From: an uncultured Clostridia bacterium
GTDB lineage: Bacteria; Bacillota; Clostridia; TANB77; CAG-465
DNA length: 64,000 nt
Direction of reading: 5' to 3'
Assembly: GCA_934162655.1 (NCBI GenBank)
Contig: CAKPJL010000004.1
Coordinates: 38 to 64,037, forward strand
Positions within the stretch are counted from its first letter, which is position 1, and each line of letters starts with the position of its first letter. Positions 62,872-64,000 of this stretch are shown here, piece by piece. The notes below the pieces were generated by a model. It saw only the letters and a program-made list of their open reading frames with translations. It had not been told where the DNA came from and did no database searches. The position numbers were made by a program, and so were the translations under genes.

Positions 62872-63357
62872 CTATTTTTCCTCATATATATACACATCTA
62901 CTTTCATACTTTTTTTATCTACTTTACTTTTTATAACTATATTATTTAATCTATTGTTTATAAATCTATAATCAAGTGAAGGATAAGCTACCGCTGCTTC
63001 ATAATTTGGCGTAATATACTCAACAGTTTTAGAATGTTTATGTACTTCTAAAATTTTTAAATTTGCCATTTTTACTGCTATATTTAAAGTTGAAGAAATT
63101 TGGCAAATTCCACCCCCTATTGTTTTTACAATTTTTCCGTTATCTATTGACTCAGCAAGTTTATAACCATTCTCTTCAGTCCTTTTTCCTAGAATTTTAT
63201 TAAAAGAGAATTCCTCATTTGGTTTTAAAATATAATTATTTATTTTATCAGACGCAATTTCTAAATTTATCATTCGATTTTTATCACTTGAATATATTTT
63301 TGTCATTCCTTTTCCAATTAAATTTAAATTTGATATCAATTTATTCACATTATCCAC
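62872..63357 (-). CDS. VanW-domain protein (short form)
   Basis: FSFNKILGKRTEENGY...GGGICQISSTLNIAV. Confidence 0.75.
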   Translation of the reverse strand: MDNVNKLISNLNLIGKGMTKIYSSDKNRMINLEIASDKINNYILKPNEEFSFNKILGKRTEENGYKLAESIDNGKIVKTIGGGICQISSTLNIAVKMANLKILEVHKHSKTVEYITPNYEAAVAYPSLDYRFINNRLNNIVIKSKVDKKSMKVDVYIYEEK

Positions 63358-63442
63358 CTCTAGTATTAATTATATAAAATTACAAAAAATATATAATTAT
63401 AATTTATCATTTTTTTCATATAATATAATAAAAGGTGATTAT

Positions 63443-63934
63443 ATGAATAAGGAAATGAATCAAAAAAATGTTAATTATAAAATGCTTATATTATTTATTG
63501 TAATAGCACTAATTGCGGGAGGAATTGGAGCTCTACTTGGTGGAAACATGAAAGATTTTAATGATATTATAAAACCTAGTTTTACACCACCTGCAATTGT
63601 TTTTCCAATAGCTTGGACTATACTTTATATATTAATGGGAATTTCATCATATTTAATATGTTGTAACAAAACAGATAAAAAATTTATAAGTGATGCTTGT
63701 AAATCTTATGTTTTACAATTAGTTGTAAATGTACTTTGGACTCCAATATTTTTTAGATTTAACATGTATTTTATTGCATTTATTTGGATTTTACTTTTAA
63801 TAGCATTAGTTATAAACATGATAATTAAATTTTATAAGATAAAACCTCTGGCAGCATATTTACAAATACCCTATCTTTTATGGTTAGTATTTGCAAGTAT
63901 CTTAAACTTCTTTATATATGTACTAAATAAGTAA
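63443..63934 (+). CDS. TspO/MBR family (tryptophan-rich sensory protein)
   Basis: 163 aa with 5 TM segments; KPSFTPPAIVFPIAWTILYILMG and WTPIFF motifs. Confidence 0.85.
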   Translation: MNKEMNQKNVNYKMLILFIVIALIAGGIGALLGGNMKDFNDIIKPSFTPPAIVFPIAWTILYILMGISSYLICCNKTDKKFISDACKSYVLQLVVNVLWTPIFFRFNMYFIAFIWILLLIALVINMIIKFYKIKPLAAYLQIPYLLWLVFASILNFFIYVLNK

Positions 63935-64000
63935 AAGGACAAAATCCTTTTACTTATGATTTTTAATATATTTTTATTATCTGGCCTGGATATATTAAAT

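Overview
This is a very AT-rich chromosomal segment: hand-counted 60-nt samples of ordinary sequence gave 23-35% GC. It comes from a spore-forming Firmicute of Clostridia-like type, with the sporulation markers splB, an alpha/beta-type SASP, yabG and a BclA-like collagen protein. Most of the window is minus-strand core machinery. This includes the S10-spc ribosomal operon rpsJ..secY (37118-26824), rpoB-rpoC (22862-15623), rpsL-rpsG-fusA-tuf (13869-9418), acpP, rnc and a split transketolase. It also includes rpsF-ssb-rpsR, rpsT, mnmA, rarA, comEA, cvpA and one tRNA-Arg(ACG). I found no CRISPR array, transposase, integrase or prophage genes. The points most worth a second look are: (1) an 8-gene Tad/Flp-like pilus operon (51890-46702) with a platform protein, Flp-like pilin, CpaB-like protein and pseudopilin-like proteins, but no secretion ATPase or prepilin peptidase, and a platform gene with no in-frame canonical start. 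(2) rpoB is broken by a 3n+1 deletion that removes the invariant KxHARSTGxYSxxTQQ segment. (3) Two orphan promoter-to-terminator units with no credible ORF (9288-9040 minus strand, 24315-24490 plus strand) are candidate small RNAs. (4) A 394-aa fused double ThyX-like protein has complementary motif loss between its halves. (5) An ankyrin-repeat gene is bracketed by a duplicated terminator. (6) Two adjacent genes carry paralogous promoter and 5' leader modules, and the second gene is a compositionally foreign ORFan (about 40-50% GC). (7) The conserved rpoBC/str/S10/spc gene order is rearranged and interrupted. Functional calls rest on my reading of the translations and on gene order; no database search was possible.
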